A stretch of DNA of 64,000 nucleotides from Candidatus Sericytochromatia bacterium (GTDB lineage: Bacteria; Cyanobacteriota; Sericytochromatia; S15B-MN24; UBA4093): contig JAKFCT010000028.1 in the NCBI GenBank assembly GCA_036676495.1, positions 32,001 through 96,000 of the forward strand, read 5' to 3'. A program made the translations under genes and the position numbers. Shown one piece after another: positions 55,934 through 64,000 of this stretch. How positions within the stretch are numbered: position 1 is the first letter of the stretch; every line of letters begins with the position of its first letter. The notes beneath the pieces were generated by a model, which made no database searches, was not told the DNA's origin, and saw only the letters and a list, made by a program, of their open reading frames with translations.

Positions 55934-57748
55934 CTACTTTCGGTAGAGCTCCCACGAGTTCCAGGAGCTGCCGAGGCTGCTCATGGCGCTGGGCTGGACA
56001 TTGCCCAGGTTGTTGCGGACGGCCACCGTGTAGAGGAAGACGGGCCGGTAGATCAGCACGGACTCCTCGGTGAGGATCTTCTGGAACTCCGCATAGAGCG
56101 ACTTGCGGCGCTCCTCGTCGAAGTTGGTGGACGCGTCGGCCAGGATCTCGTCGATCCGCGCCTCCCAGGCGGTATGGGCCTTCGGGGTCTTGGGATCGTG
56201 GTTGAAGGAGTGGGCATGGCCCGAGCTCTTCCAGAGGTTGCTCGCGGAGAAGGGATCCACGCCGGCCCCGAAGGCGCCCATGGTGATCTCCCAGTCGCGG
56301 GTGTTCTGGAGCCGATCCAGCTTGGAATTGAAGGTCATCGGCGAGAGCTTCAAGTCGATGCCGAGCTTCTTGAGATCGGTCTTCCAGATGTTGGCTTCCT
56401 GCTCGCCTTCGGGGCTGCCGGTCTCCATGATCATCTCGAGCTTGACCGGGTTACCCTTGGCGTCCTTGAGCATGCCGTCCGCGCCCTTCTTGAAGCCCGC
56501 CTCGGTGAGCAGGGCCTCCGCCTTGGCGAGGTCGTACGGGTACATGACGTTGGCGTCGGGGCTGAAGTAGGGGCTCTTCTGGAAGACGGGCGAGTTCTGC
56601 TCGACGCCCATGTTGCGCAGGACGTTCTTCTTGATCGCCTCGCGATCGAGGGCATGGGCGAGCGCGCGGCGGAAGCGCACGTCACGCAGCCAAGCCGACT
56701 TTACCGGATCGACGTAGGGCTTGCCCTGGGCATTCTTGCGGTCGTTGATGTTGAGCTCGAAGTACGACAGGCGCCAATCGGGACCGTCGTTGACGATCGT
56801 GAAGTTCTGCTGCTTCTCGAGCGGCTTCATCAGGGGGTAGTCCTTGCCGCGGAGCCACTGGGCGTCGGTCTCGCCGGCCTGGAACTTCAAGAGCGCGGTG
56901 TCGACGTTCTTGAGGAAGGCGACGTCGAGGCGATCGAAGTAGGGCAGGGGCTGGTTCTGCTCGTTGACCCGCCAGTAGTTGGGGTTGCGCTTGAAGACCA
57001 TGCGCTGGGCAGGTTGGTAGGACTCGTAGATCCAGGGGCCGTTCGAGACGATCTTGGTGATGTCGGCGTCCAGGGCCCAGGTCTGGTTGAAGACGGGGGC
57101 GCCGGTCTTGTCGGTCTCGGTGACGGTCTTGGCGAGGGCGTGCTTGGGGAGGATGGGCACTCCGCCGACCAGCCGCAGGAACGGCACGAAGGGCTTGGGG
57201 GTCGAGATGGAGACCGTCTGGTCATCCACCTTCTTCACGGTGGGCAGCTTGCCGTCGACTTCGATGGTGTCGCGGGTGTCCGTGGGGATCTTGGGGTTGG
57301 CGATGACGTCGTTGAAGGTGAAGACGACGTCGTCGGCGGTCAGGGGCTGACCGTCGGACCACTGGACGCCCTTGCGGATCTTGAAGGTGTAGGTCTTCTT
57401 GTCCTCGCTGACCGACCAGGAGGAGGCGAGGGCCGGCTCGATCTGGTGGGTGAAGGGATGCTCCTCGACGAGGCCTTCGAAGGTGTAGGAGACGAAGCGG
57501 GCCGAGGTCGAGTCGGTCACCAGGGCGGGGTTGAGGGTCTTGGGATCCTCGTAGGCGGGCAGGTGCATGGTGCCGCCGTACTTGCCGATGGTGCCGGGCT
57601 GGACCTTGGGCTCGGTGGTGGTGATGGCGGGGACCGGGGCCTCTCCGCCCTTGGGGGCGGAGGCCTGCGGCTTTTCGCCCGAGCAACCGGCGATGAGGGC
57701 CGCCCCCAACAGGGCGGAGCTGAATAGCTTGACCTTACGGGTGATCAT
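55934..57748 (-). CDS. Peptide ABC transporter substrate-binding lipoprotein (family 5)
   Basis: Lipobox IAGC; DPKTLNP, WSDGQPLTADDVVFT, RNPNYW. Confidence 0.93.
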   Translation of the reverse strand: MITRKVKLFSSALLGAALIAGCSGEKPQASAPKGGEAPVPAITTTEPKVQPGTIGKYGGTMHLPAYEDPKTLNPALVTDSTSARFVSYTFEGLVEEHPFTHQIEPALASSWSVSEDKKTYTFKIRKGVQWSDGQPLTADDVVFTFNDVIANPKIPTDTRDTIEVDGKLPTVKKVDDQTVSISTPKPFVPFLRLVGGVPILPKHALAKTVTETDKTGAPVFNQTWALDADITKIVSNGPWIYESYQPAQRMVFKRNPNYWRVNEQNQPLPYFDRLDVAFLKNVDTALLKFQAGETDAQWLRGKDYPLMKPLEKQQNFTIVNDGPDWRLSYFELNINDRKNAQGKPYVDPVKSAWLRDVRFRRALAHALDREAIKKNVLRNMGVEQNSPVFQKSPYFSPDANVMYPYDLAKAEALLTEAGFKKGADGMLKDAKGNPVKLEMIMETGSPEGEQEANIWKTDLKKLGIDLKLSPMTFNSKLDRLQNTRDWEITMGAFGAGVDPFSASNLWKSSGHAHSFNHDPKTPKAHTAWEARIDEILADASTNFDEERRKSLYAEFQKILTEESVLIYRPVFLYTVAVRNNLGNVQPSAMSSLGSSWNSWELYRK

Positions 57749-57762
57749 GGGTGATGGCTCCC

Positions 57763-59583
57763 TTACTTCCGATAGACCTCGTAGAGGTTCCAGATGGGGT
57801 TCATCCCGCTCATCGGGGTGAACTTGGTGATTTTCACGTTGCCCAGGGTGTTGCGGATCGGGTAGAGGGCGATCCGGTTGGTGGTGTAGATGTAGGGCAG
57901 GTTCTCCGCCACGATGGTCTGGAACTCCGCGTAGAGCTCCTTGCGCTTGCCCTCGTCGAGGGTGGTGGCCGCCTCGTCGAAGATCCGATCGATCTCGGCT
58001 TCCCAGGGGGTCGCGGGGGTCTTCTGGTTCATGTTGAACATGTGCAGGCGGCCGTTGGACTTCCAGATATTGGAGCCCAGCGCCGGATCGAGGCTGCCGG
58101 TGAAGCCCATGACGATGGCCTCCCAGTCGAGGGAGCTGTCGGTCTTCTCGATCAGGGTGTTGAACTGCATGGGCTGGACCTTGATCTTCATGCCGAGCTT
58201 GCCGAGGTCGGTCTTGAGGGTATCGGCCACCGAGAGGCGCTCGCGGTTCTCGACGTTGGTCATGAGGGTGAACTCGATCGGGTTGCCCTTGGGATCGCGC
58301 AGCTGGCCCGCGGCGTCCTTCTTGTAGCCGGCGGCCTCCAGGATCTGCTGGGCCTTGGCGAGGTCGTAGGAGTACTTCGGCACGTCGGCGCTGTAGTAGG
58401 GGCTCGCCGGGGAAAGGGCCGAGTCGAGGGTTCCGGCGATGCTCTGGTAGACGTTCTTGACCAGGGAGTCCTTATCGACGGCATGCGCGACGGCCTTGCG
58501 GAAGTTCACGTCGTTGAACCACGCCTGCTTGACGGGATCGACGTTGTGCTTGCCCTTGGGGTTCTTGTCGCGGTTCTGGTTGAAGGTGAGGAAGTTGACC
58601 GAGAAGTCGGTGCCGGCCTTGTGGATCGTGAAGTTGCCGGATTGCTCCTGGGGCTTCATGAGGGCGTAGTCCTTGCCGCGCAGGGAGGCGTCGGCCATGT
58701 GGATGTCGGTTTCGCCGCCCTGGAACTTGAGCAGCGCGGAGTCCTGGTCCTTGGTGGCCTGAAGGATGACCTCGTCGAAGTACGGAAGGCGCTCGCCGTC
58801 CGCGTTCACGCGCCAGTGGTAGGGGTTGCGGGTCATGACCAGGCGCTGGGCGGCCTTGTACTCCTTGAACATGAAGGGGCCGGTGCCGACGATGGTCGAG
58901 AAGTCCGTGGTGTCGAGGCCCCAGGTCTGGTTGAACTTGGGCGAGCCGGACTTGTCCTTTTCCGTGACGGTCTTTGCGAGCACGTGCTTGGGGAGGATAG
59001 CGATCGAGCCGATGACGCGCAGGAAGGGCGCATGGACCTTGGCGGTGGTGATGGAGACGGAATCCTCGTCGACCTTCTTCACGGTGGGCAGCTTGCCGTC
59101 GACCTTGATGCCGTCGCCCCAGTCCGAGGGGATCTTGGGGTTGGCGACGAGGTCGTTGAAGGTGAAGACGACGTCGTCGGCGGTGAGGGGCTGGCCGTCG
59201 GACCACTTGAGGTTCTTGCGCAGGTCGAAGGTGTAGGTGAGGCCGTCAGGGGAGACCTGCCACTGGTAGGCGAGGGCGCCTTCGGGTTCGCCGGTTTCGC
59301 CGTTGGTGGTGGTGAGGCCGTCGAAGACGAGGCTCATGGGGGTGGAGGAAGAGGTCTCCTGGGCGAGCAGGGGGTTGAAGGTCTTGGGGTCGGAACCCCC
59401 GATGGAGAGGCGGCCTCCGAACTTGCCGATGGGGCCGGGCTGGACCTTGGCCGGGTCGACCTCGATCTTGGCGGCGACGCGGGAGGGGTCGGACGAGGTG
59501 GCGGGCTGGTCCGCGCCGGAGCAGCCGGCGATCATGAACACGCCAAGGGCGCCGGCAAGGACGGCGCGGGAGGTCTTCTTCAT
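57763..59583 (-). CDS. Peptide ABC transporter substrate-binding lipoprotein (family 5), paralogue
   Basis: Lipobox IAGC; DPKTFNP, WSDGQPLTADDVVFT; start at 59583 (alternative GTG at 59604). Confidence 0.93.
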   Translation of the reverse strand: MKKTSRAVLAGALGVFMIAGCSGADQPATSSDPSRVAAKIEVDPAKVQPGPIGKFGGRLSIGGSDPKTFNPLLAQETSSSTPMSLVFDGLTTTNGETGEPEGALAYQWQVSPDGLTYTFDLRKNLKWSDGQPLTADDVVFTFNDLVANPKIPSDWGDGIKVDGKLPTVKKVDEDSVSITTAKVHAPFLRVIGSIAILPKHVLAKTVTEKDKSGSPKFNQTWGLDTTDFSTIVGTGPFMFKEYKAAQRLVMTRNPYHWRVNADGERLPYFDEVILQATKDQDSALLKFQGGETDIHMADASLRGKDYALMKPQEQSGNFTIHKAGTDFSVNFLTFNQNRDKNPKGKHNVDPVKQAWFNDVNFRKAVAHAVDKDSLVKNVYQSIAGTLDSALSPASPYYSADVPKYSYDLAKAQQILEAAGYKKDAAGQLRDPKGNPIEFTLMTNVENRERLSVADTLKTDLGKLGMKIKVQPMQFNTLIEKTDSSLDWEAIVMGFTGSLDPALGSNIWKSNGRLHMFNMNQKTPATPWEAEIDRIFDEAATTLDEGKRKELYAEFQTIVAENLPYIYTTNRIALYPIRNTLGNVKITKFTPMSGMNPIWNLYEVYRK

Positions 59584-59613
59584 CGATTCCGCCTTTTTGG
59601 TCACAGGGGGGGA

Positions 59614-59853
59614 CTAGGCGCCGGTGCGGCTCAGCATGGCGAGGGCGATCGCCACCAGGAACCAGCTGACGGCGAGGACCGCGGTGATCTTGTTGAGGCC
59701 GGCCTCGACGCCCTTCTGGCTGCCGAAGACGTGCGCTTGGCCGCCGATGCCCGCGAGCCCCTCGCCCTTGGCCGAATGCAGGAGCACGGCGACGATCAGG
59801 CCGATCGACAGGAGGGCTTGGCAAACGAGCAGGAAGACTTGAATGAACGACAT
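59614..59853 (-). CDS. secG: Preprotein translocase subunit SecG
   Basis: MSFIQVF...VLLHSAKGEGLAGIGG...FGSQKGVEAGLNKIT; two TM helices. Confidence 0.92.
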   Translation of the reverse strand: MSFIQVFLLVCQALLSIGLIVAVLLHSAKGEGLAGIGGQAHVFGSQKGVEAGLNKITAVLAVSWFLVAIALAMLSRTGA

Positions 59854-60061
59854 GGCGATCCTTTGCGGTGGAGGGGGCGACGCGGAGGCGACACGGGGAG
59901 TGCCCCTCCTATGGTATATCACAGGGGCGGGAAGCGGGTCAAACCGCACGGCGCCGCGGGGGGAGGGACCCACGGGCGCCTTTCGTCGAAACGGCCAATG
60001 GCGCTCATACATGGAGTTGCTACGGTGGGGGGAGGCCGTCCAGATGCGAGAGGAGGTCCCC

Positions 60062-60598
60062 ATGCGCGTCCAGCGGGTCCGTCCGAGCGAGCGTTTCTTC
60101 GTGACGCCGTTTTTCGAGTCGTTCGAGCCGACGATGAACCGGAAAGTCCGGGACTACATGGCGACCGACATCCTGGCGACGTCGCCGGAAGCGACTCCCT
60201 ACGAGGTGGCGCAGGCGATGGTTGCCGAGCGGGTGGATGTGCTGCCGGTGGTGGACCGGGAATTGCGGGTGATCGGGGTCGTGAGCGAGGACGACCTGCT
60301 GAGCCGGGTGAATTTCCCGCATGGGAAGGTCCTGGATGGGCTGCGCGACCTCTTCGGGGGCGGGGACTACCGGGCGCAGAAGTCGACGGCCCGGCGCGTG
60401 GAGGGGGTGATGAGCCGGGACGTCTGCACGATCGGGCCCGACGACTCCATCCAGGACGCCACGGAGCGGATGATTCACAAGGGGGTGCGGGCCCTGCCGG
60501 TGACGGACGGCGAGGGCCACATGATCGGCCTGATCACCCGGCGCCATATCCTGCAGGCGATGCTCCAGTGGAGCGAGCGCAAGGAAGGCCCGGATTAG
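60062..60598 (+). CDS. CBS-domain pair protein
   Basis: KVRDYM...LPVVD...VIGVVSEDDLL and VM...LPVTD..MIGLITRRHIL; GAGGAGG RBS. Confidence 0.88.
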   Translation: MRVQRVRPSERFFVTPFFESFEPTMNRKVRDYMATDILATSPEATPYEVAQAMVAERVDVLPVVDRELRVIGVVSEDDLLSRVNFPHGKVLDGLRDLFGGGDYRAQKSTARRVEGVMSRDVCTIGPDDSIQDATERMIHKGVRALPVTDGEGHMIGLITRRHILQAMLQWSERKEGPD

Positions 60599-60604
60599 GC
60601 TCGC

Positions 60605-61726
60605 CTAGATCCGCGAGAGCCGGGTGACCAGGGCCATGACGACGGATCCGAACCCGGCCATGAGGGCGATCACAGCGACGAGCCCGCCCACCCAAGGGAT
60701 GGCCTGCAAGGCGAGCAGCAAGGCCACTCCCAGCAGGGCCGCCGCGACGGCGCGGACGCGCACGCTCCGGATGGGAAGGCGCAGCAGCAGCAGATCCCCC
60801 AGGGCGATCGCCGCGAGCACCCACGCGAGGTACATGCCGAACGCGTAAAAGACCAGCAAGCTCAGCGCCAAGGGAATCCCAATTAACGTGATCATCAGGA
60901 TCACCGCGAGGATGGGCACGCCCAAGAGGATCCCGGCCCCGGCCGCCAACGACAGCCAGGGATTCCGGCGCAGCTCGCGGCTGGTCGCCGTGATCGCCCC
61001 GGGCATGACCAGCGCGAGCACGACTCCCGCCAGCGCTCCCACCAGGAAGAGGAAGATCGCCCCGACCCAGCCCGGAATCCGCCAGGTCCGCGTCTCCTCT
61101 TCCGTCTGCGTCACCGGCCCCGCAATGGTCGCCCCGGGCCGAATATCGGCTTCCCGAGACGACGCGTACGTCAGGGGGCCCGCGATCCGCGCCCCGGCCG
61201 TCACGGTCAGCTGATCCGCATGGACCTCGGCGCTTCCGACTTGACCATCGATCAGGACGTCGGCGCCGTTGGCCTGAAGCTTGCCCTCCGTCGTTCCGCG
61301 CAAGACGAGGTCGCGGCCGGTCAGGACCGTTGCGCCCCGGACCTGCGAGCTGGCCAGCTGCTCCGTCCGGTTGCCGGCCAGGATCAAGTCCCGGCCGACG
61401 CTTCCGGAGACCGTGATCGTCCCGCCGGCCGCGCGGACGCTCTGGCCGACCGAGCCCTGAAGCGCCACCTCGCCGCCTGCGGCGATCAGATCGTCCCGCA
61501 CCGCGCCGGTCACCGTGACGTGGCCGCCCATCACCACCAGATCGCCGTCCACGCGGCCGCGAATCCGCACGTCCCGGCCCGTCACGTAGAGATCGTCAGC
61601 GATGACTTCCCCGGCCGGGATCTCGACGTGGTTACCGGCCCGGAAGGTGATGGCCTCCGCGGCTCCCGGCATCACGCCGCAGACGCCGAGCACCAGGAGT
61701 AAAGACAGAAGGAAGCGACGCGCCAT
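60605..61726 (-). CDS. Bactofilin-like beta-helix repeat protein with C-terminal TM domain
   Basis: Signal peptide; repeats G.V.I.G.V.GDL...GG; four C-terminal TM helices (LIGIP, IPWVGG). Confidence 0.8.
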   Translation of the reverse strand: MARRFLLSLLLVLGVCGVMPGAAEAITFRAGNHVEIPAGEVIADDLYVTGRDVRIRGRVDGDLVVMGGHVTVTGAVRDDLIAAGGEVALQGSVGQSVRAAGGTITVSGSVGRDLILAGNRTEQLASSQVRGATVLTGRDLVLRGTTEGKLQANGADVLIDGQVGSAEVHADQLTVTAGARIAGPLTYASSREADIRPGATIAGPVTQTEEETRTWRIPGWVGAIFLFLVGALAGVVLALVMPGAITATSRELRRNPWLSLAAGAGILLGVPILAVILMITLIGIPLALSLLVFYAFGMYLAWVLAAIALGDLLLLRLPIRSVRVRAVAAALLGVALLLALQAIPWVGGLVAVIALMAGFGSVVMALVTRLSRI

Positions 61727-61729
61727 GAT

Positions 61730-62272
61730 CTAGTACGTCAGGAGCGAGAGGACGTCGAAGCCGGGAAGCTTCTTGCGCCCGTGGAGGAAGCCGAGTTCGA
61801 TCAGGAAGGCCAGTCCCGCGACCTGACCGCCCGTGCACTGCACCAGCTCGACCGCCGCGGCCGCCGTGCCTCCGGTCGCCAGGACGTCATCGACGATCAG
61901 CACGCGCTTGCCCGTCTCGACGGCATCCTGGTGAATCTCCAGGGCGTCCGTGCCGTACTCCAGCGCATACTCGCAGCGATGCGTCTCATGCGGCAGCTTG
62001 CCCGGCTTGCGGACCGGGATGAACCCGGCATGCAGCGCGGTCGCGACCGCCGCCCCGAAGATGAAGCCACGGGATTCGATGCCCACCACGTAGTCGATCC
62101 GCTGATCGCGGTAGTGGTCGGCGATCGCCCCCACCACGCGCTCGAAGGCCCGGGGATCCTTCAAGAGCGGCGTGATGTCCTTGAAGACGACCCCGGGCTT
62201 GGGGTAATCCGGCACGTTCCGGATCAGTGCCCCGAGGTCCTCCTGAAGCCGTTCATCTCCGACGATCTGCAT
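61730..62272 (-). CDS. apt: Adenine phosphoribosyltransferase
   Basis: IRNVPDYPKPGVVFKDITPLL, GIESRGF, VRKPGKLP, VLIVDDVLATGGT. Confidence 0.97.
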   Translation of the reverse strand: MQIVGDERLQEDLGALIRNVPDYPKPGVVFKDITPLLKDPRAFERVVGAIADHYRDQRIDYVVGIESRGFIFGAAVATALHAGFIPVRKPGKLPHETHRCEYALEYGTDALEIHQDAVETGKRVLIVDDVLATGGTAAAAVELVQCTGGQVAGLAFLIELGFLHGRKKLPGFDVLSLLTY

Positions 62273-62299
62273 GCTCATCCTTTCCGAAATAATCTTCCT

Positions 62300-62463
62300 T
62301 ATTTTGTCCCCCCTCGATGGGGGGACCGGCGAAGCCGAGGGGGGTGTTGGCCGGCGCAGCCAAGGCATTCCGCTTTAAGGAACCTGGGAGCAGTCACACC
62401 TCCCGTAGCCCCCCATTACGCCTGCGGCGCAGTTAGGCTACGCCTGAGCGGGGGGGCAAAATA
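62300..62463 (+). ncRNA. Candidate structured non-coding RNA (about 164 nt), family not recognised
   Basis: Ends pair over 14 bp; nested 8-bp and 9-bp helices; G-U wobbles work only on the + strand; TAATCT directly upstream. Confidence 0.45.
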
Positions 62464-62470
62464 CCTGACC

Positions 62471-63271
62471 CTAATTCATCCTTCTCTCAGTGAACGTCGC
62501 CAGTTGCGTCACCCCCAGCGCCCGCAGCATGTCGAGCGCCTGGGGATAAAGCGCTCCGACGTCCTCCGGACGGTGCGCATCCGAAGACAGCACCAGGGGG
62601 ACCTTGGCGTCGACCAGGCGGCGCAGCCACTCGGGAGCCGGATAGATCTCTCCCACCGGCTTGCGCCAGCCCGCCGTGCTGACCTCGACCGCCAGGCCCG
62701 AGCGCTGGATCAACGGGGTGAGGCGCTCGTACCAGCGCTGCGCCACCTCCGGAGCCTTGAAGCCGAAGACCTTGATGACGTCGGCATGGCCGATGATATC
62801 CACCGGACGCTCGACAATCATGGCCTCGAGCAGCGAGAAGTAGGTCTCGTAGATGGTCTCGACGCGGTTCTGCTGCCATTGCTCGCGCATCTCGTCGAGG
62901 TCGAAGCCGAAGCCGCCCAGCCAATGAATCGAGCCGATGGCGTAGTCGAACGGATAGGAGGCGAGAAAGTCCTTCATCGCGGTCATGTTGTCGGGCATGA
63001 CGTCCATCTCGATGCCGATCTTGACCCGCAAGCCCTGTTTGCGGGCCGATTGCAGCATGGCGAGGTACGCGTCCAGATCCTCGGTCTTTCGCTTCTCCAC
63101 CCAGGCATTAGTTAGAAGATGTTGGGTCTGGGTGAAGCGGTAGGCATGCTCGGAGATGCCGAGGTCGGTGACGCCGGCCTTCGCGGCCTGGCGGAGGAAT
63201 TGCGATAGCCAGTCGAGCGTATAGGAGCCGCGCTCGACGTGAACGTGGTAGTCGGTGATCGGTCCGCGCAC
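62471..63271 (-). CDS. PHP-family histidinol-phosphatase-like phosphoesterase (HisJ family)
   Basis: DYHVH, GISEH, GIEMD, IGSIH, IIGHAD, EVSTAG, SSDAHRPEDVG. Confidence 0.9.
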   Translation of the reverse strand: MRGPITDYHVHVERGSYTLDWLSQFLRQAAKAGVTDLGISEHAYRFTQTQHLLTNAWVEKRKTEDLDAYLAMLQSARKQGLRVKIGIEMDVMPDNMTAMKDFLASYPFDYAIGSIHWLGGFGFDLDEMREQWQQNRVETIYETYFSLLEAMIVERPVDIIGHADVIKVFGFKAPEVAQRWYERLTPLIQRSGLAVEVSTAGWRKPVGEIYPAPEWLRRLVDAKVPLVLSSDAHRPEDVGALYPQALDMLRALGVTQLATFTERRMN

Positions 63272-63463
63272 AACTACTCCCCCCATCGCATGCCGTCGGC
63301 GCCGAAGCCGCGGGCGCTTCTCCCTGCCCCTTCTCCCCCTGGCAGGGAACCGGACTAGTATACGCTATTTTGCCCACTCCCGGCAGCGCGCGTCTCCTGG
63401 CAACTTCCGGGCGATCCGGTTACAATAGCGTCCGGCCAGTCCCGCATGCGATGAAGGTACTCC

Positions 63464-64000
63464 ATGAAAAGCTCACGGATTCCCGGTTTCTACAAACTCG
63501 CCATTGATGAGCGCATCGATAAGCTCGCCGAGACCTACGACCTCGACCGCTCCGAGATCGACGCCTTGCGCAGCCAGGGCTCGCTCGAACTCGAACAAGC
63601 GGACAAGATGATCGAGAATGCCGTGGGCATCTACTCGCTGCCCATCGGAGTCGGCCTCAACTTCCTCATCAACGGCAAGGACTACCTCGTCCCCATGGCC
63701 ATCGAGGAGCCCTCGGTCGTCGCCTCCTGCTCGTTCATGGCCAAGCTGGTGCGCGAAGCCGGCGGCTTCACCGCCGGCTCCACCGAGCGGGTGATGATCG
63801 GCCAGGTGCAGGTCGTCGGCTGCGAGGACTTCCGCGCCGCCAAGAACGCCCTCTACTCCCACCGCGACGAGTTGATCGAGCTGGCCAACGCCCTCGTGCC
63901 CAACATGGTCAAGCGCGGAGGCGGGGCCCTCGACCTCGACGTCCGCCTGCTCAACGACAACCCGGGCGCCAAGTACAGCACGATGCTCGTGCTTCACCTC
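63464..64000 (+). CDS. mvaA: Class II HMG-CoA reductase, 3'-truncated by window edge
   Basis: Not in the ORF track. Manual translation MKSSRIPGFYKL...ADKMIENAVG...LP.GV..NF.INGKDYLVPMAIEEPSVVA...MIGQVQ...MVKRGGG. Confidence 0.93.
   Translation, partial: MKSSRIPGFYKLAIDERIDKLAETYDLDRSEIDALRSQGSLELEQADKMIENAVGIYSLPIGVGLNFLINGKDYLVPMAIEEPSVVASCSFMAKLVREAGGFTAGSTERVMIGQVQVVGCEDFRAAKNALYSHRDELIELANALVPNMVKRGGGALDLDVRLLNDNPGAKYSTMLVLHL

Noticed and set aside
62300-62463. Purine, c-di-AMP or ZTP riboswitch for apt, or SRP RNA
   Set aside because: Only fragmentary matches (gggggacc...ggggtg; gcagccaaggca). Core consensus motifs are missing, and the wobble pairs favour the strand opposite to apt

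Overview
A GC-rich, gene-dense bacterial chromosome segment with about 56 CDS and two tRNA genes (initiator Met-CAT and Asp-GTC, neither encoding CCA). I see no transposase, integrase, phage block or CRISPR array. Housekeeping and metabolic content: trpC-trpF, radA, ppc, an FtsH paralogue, alkaline phosphatase, a Na/Pi cotransporter, secG, apt, a class II HMG-CoA reductase, sugar and peptide ABC components, and GH1, GH38 and two GH57 enzymes. There are also signalling proteins and about 11 predicted lipoproteins. Cyanobacteria-like secG and ABC genes without photosynthesis genes suggest a non-photosynthetic relative of Cyanobacteria such as Ca. Sericytochromatia; this is inference only. Most notable signals: (1) three dispersed genes lacking signal peptides share an exact GCAAG-N15-(G/C)N(C/G)GA(C/T)AA sigma28/FliA-like promoter. 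Two of them, a coiled-coil protein and an L,D-transpeptidase, also share an N-terminal NWA-x-(I/L)L...PV..DSLSLxPK module, a candidate export signal for a co-regulated secreted set. (2) A ~164-nt end-paired structured element between apt and a PHP gene looks like an unannotated + strand ncRNA. (3) A stand-alone Kelch-Kelch-subtilase lipoprotein operon. (4) Several apparently leaderless genes.
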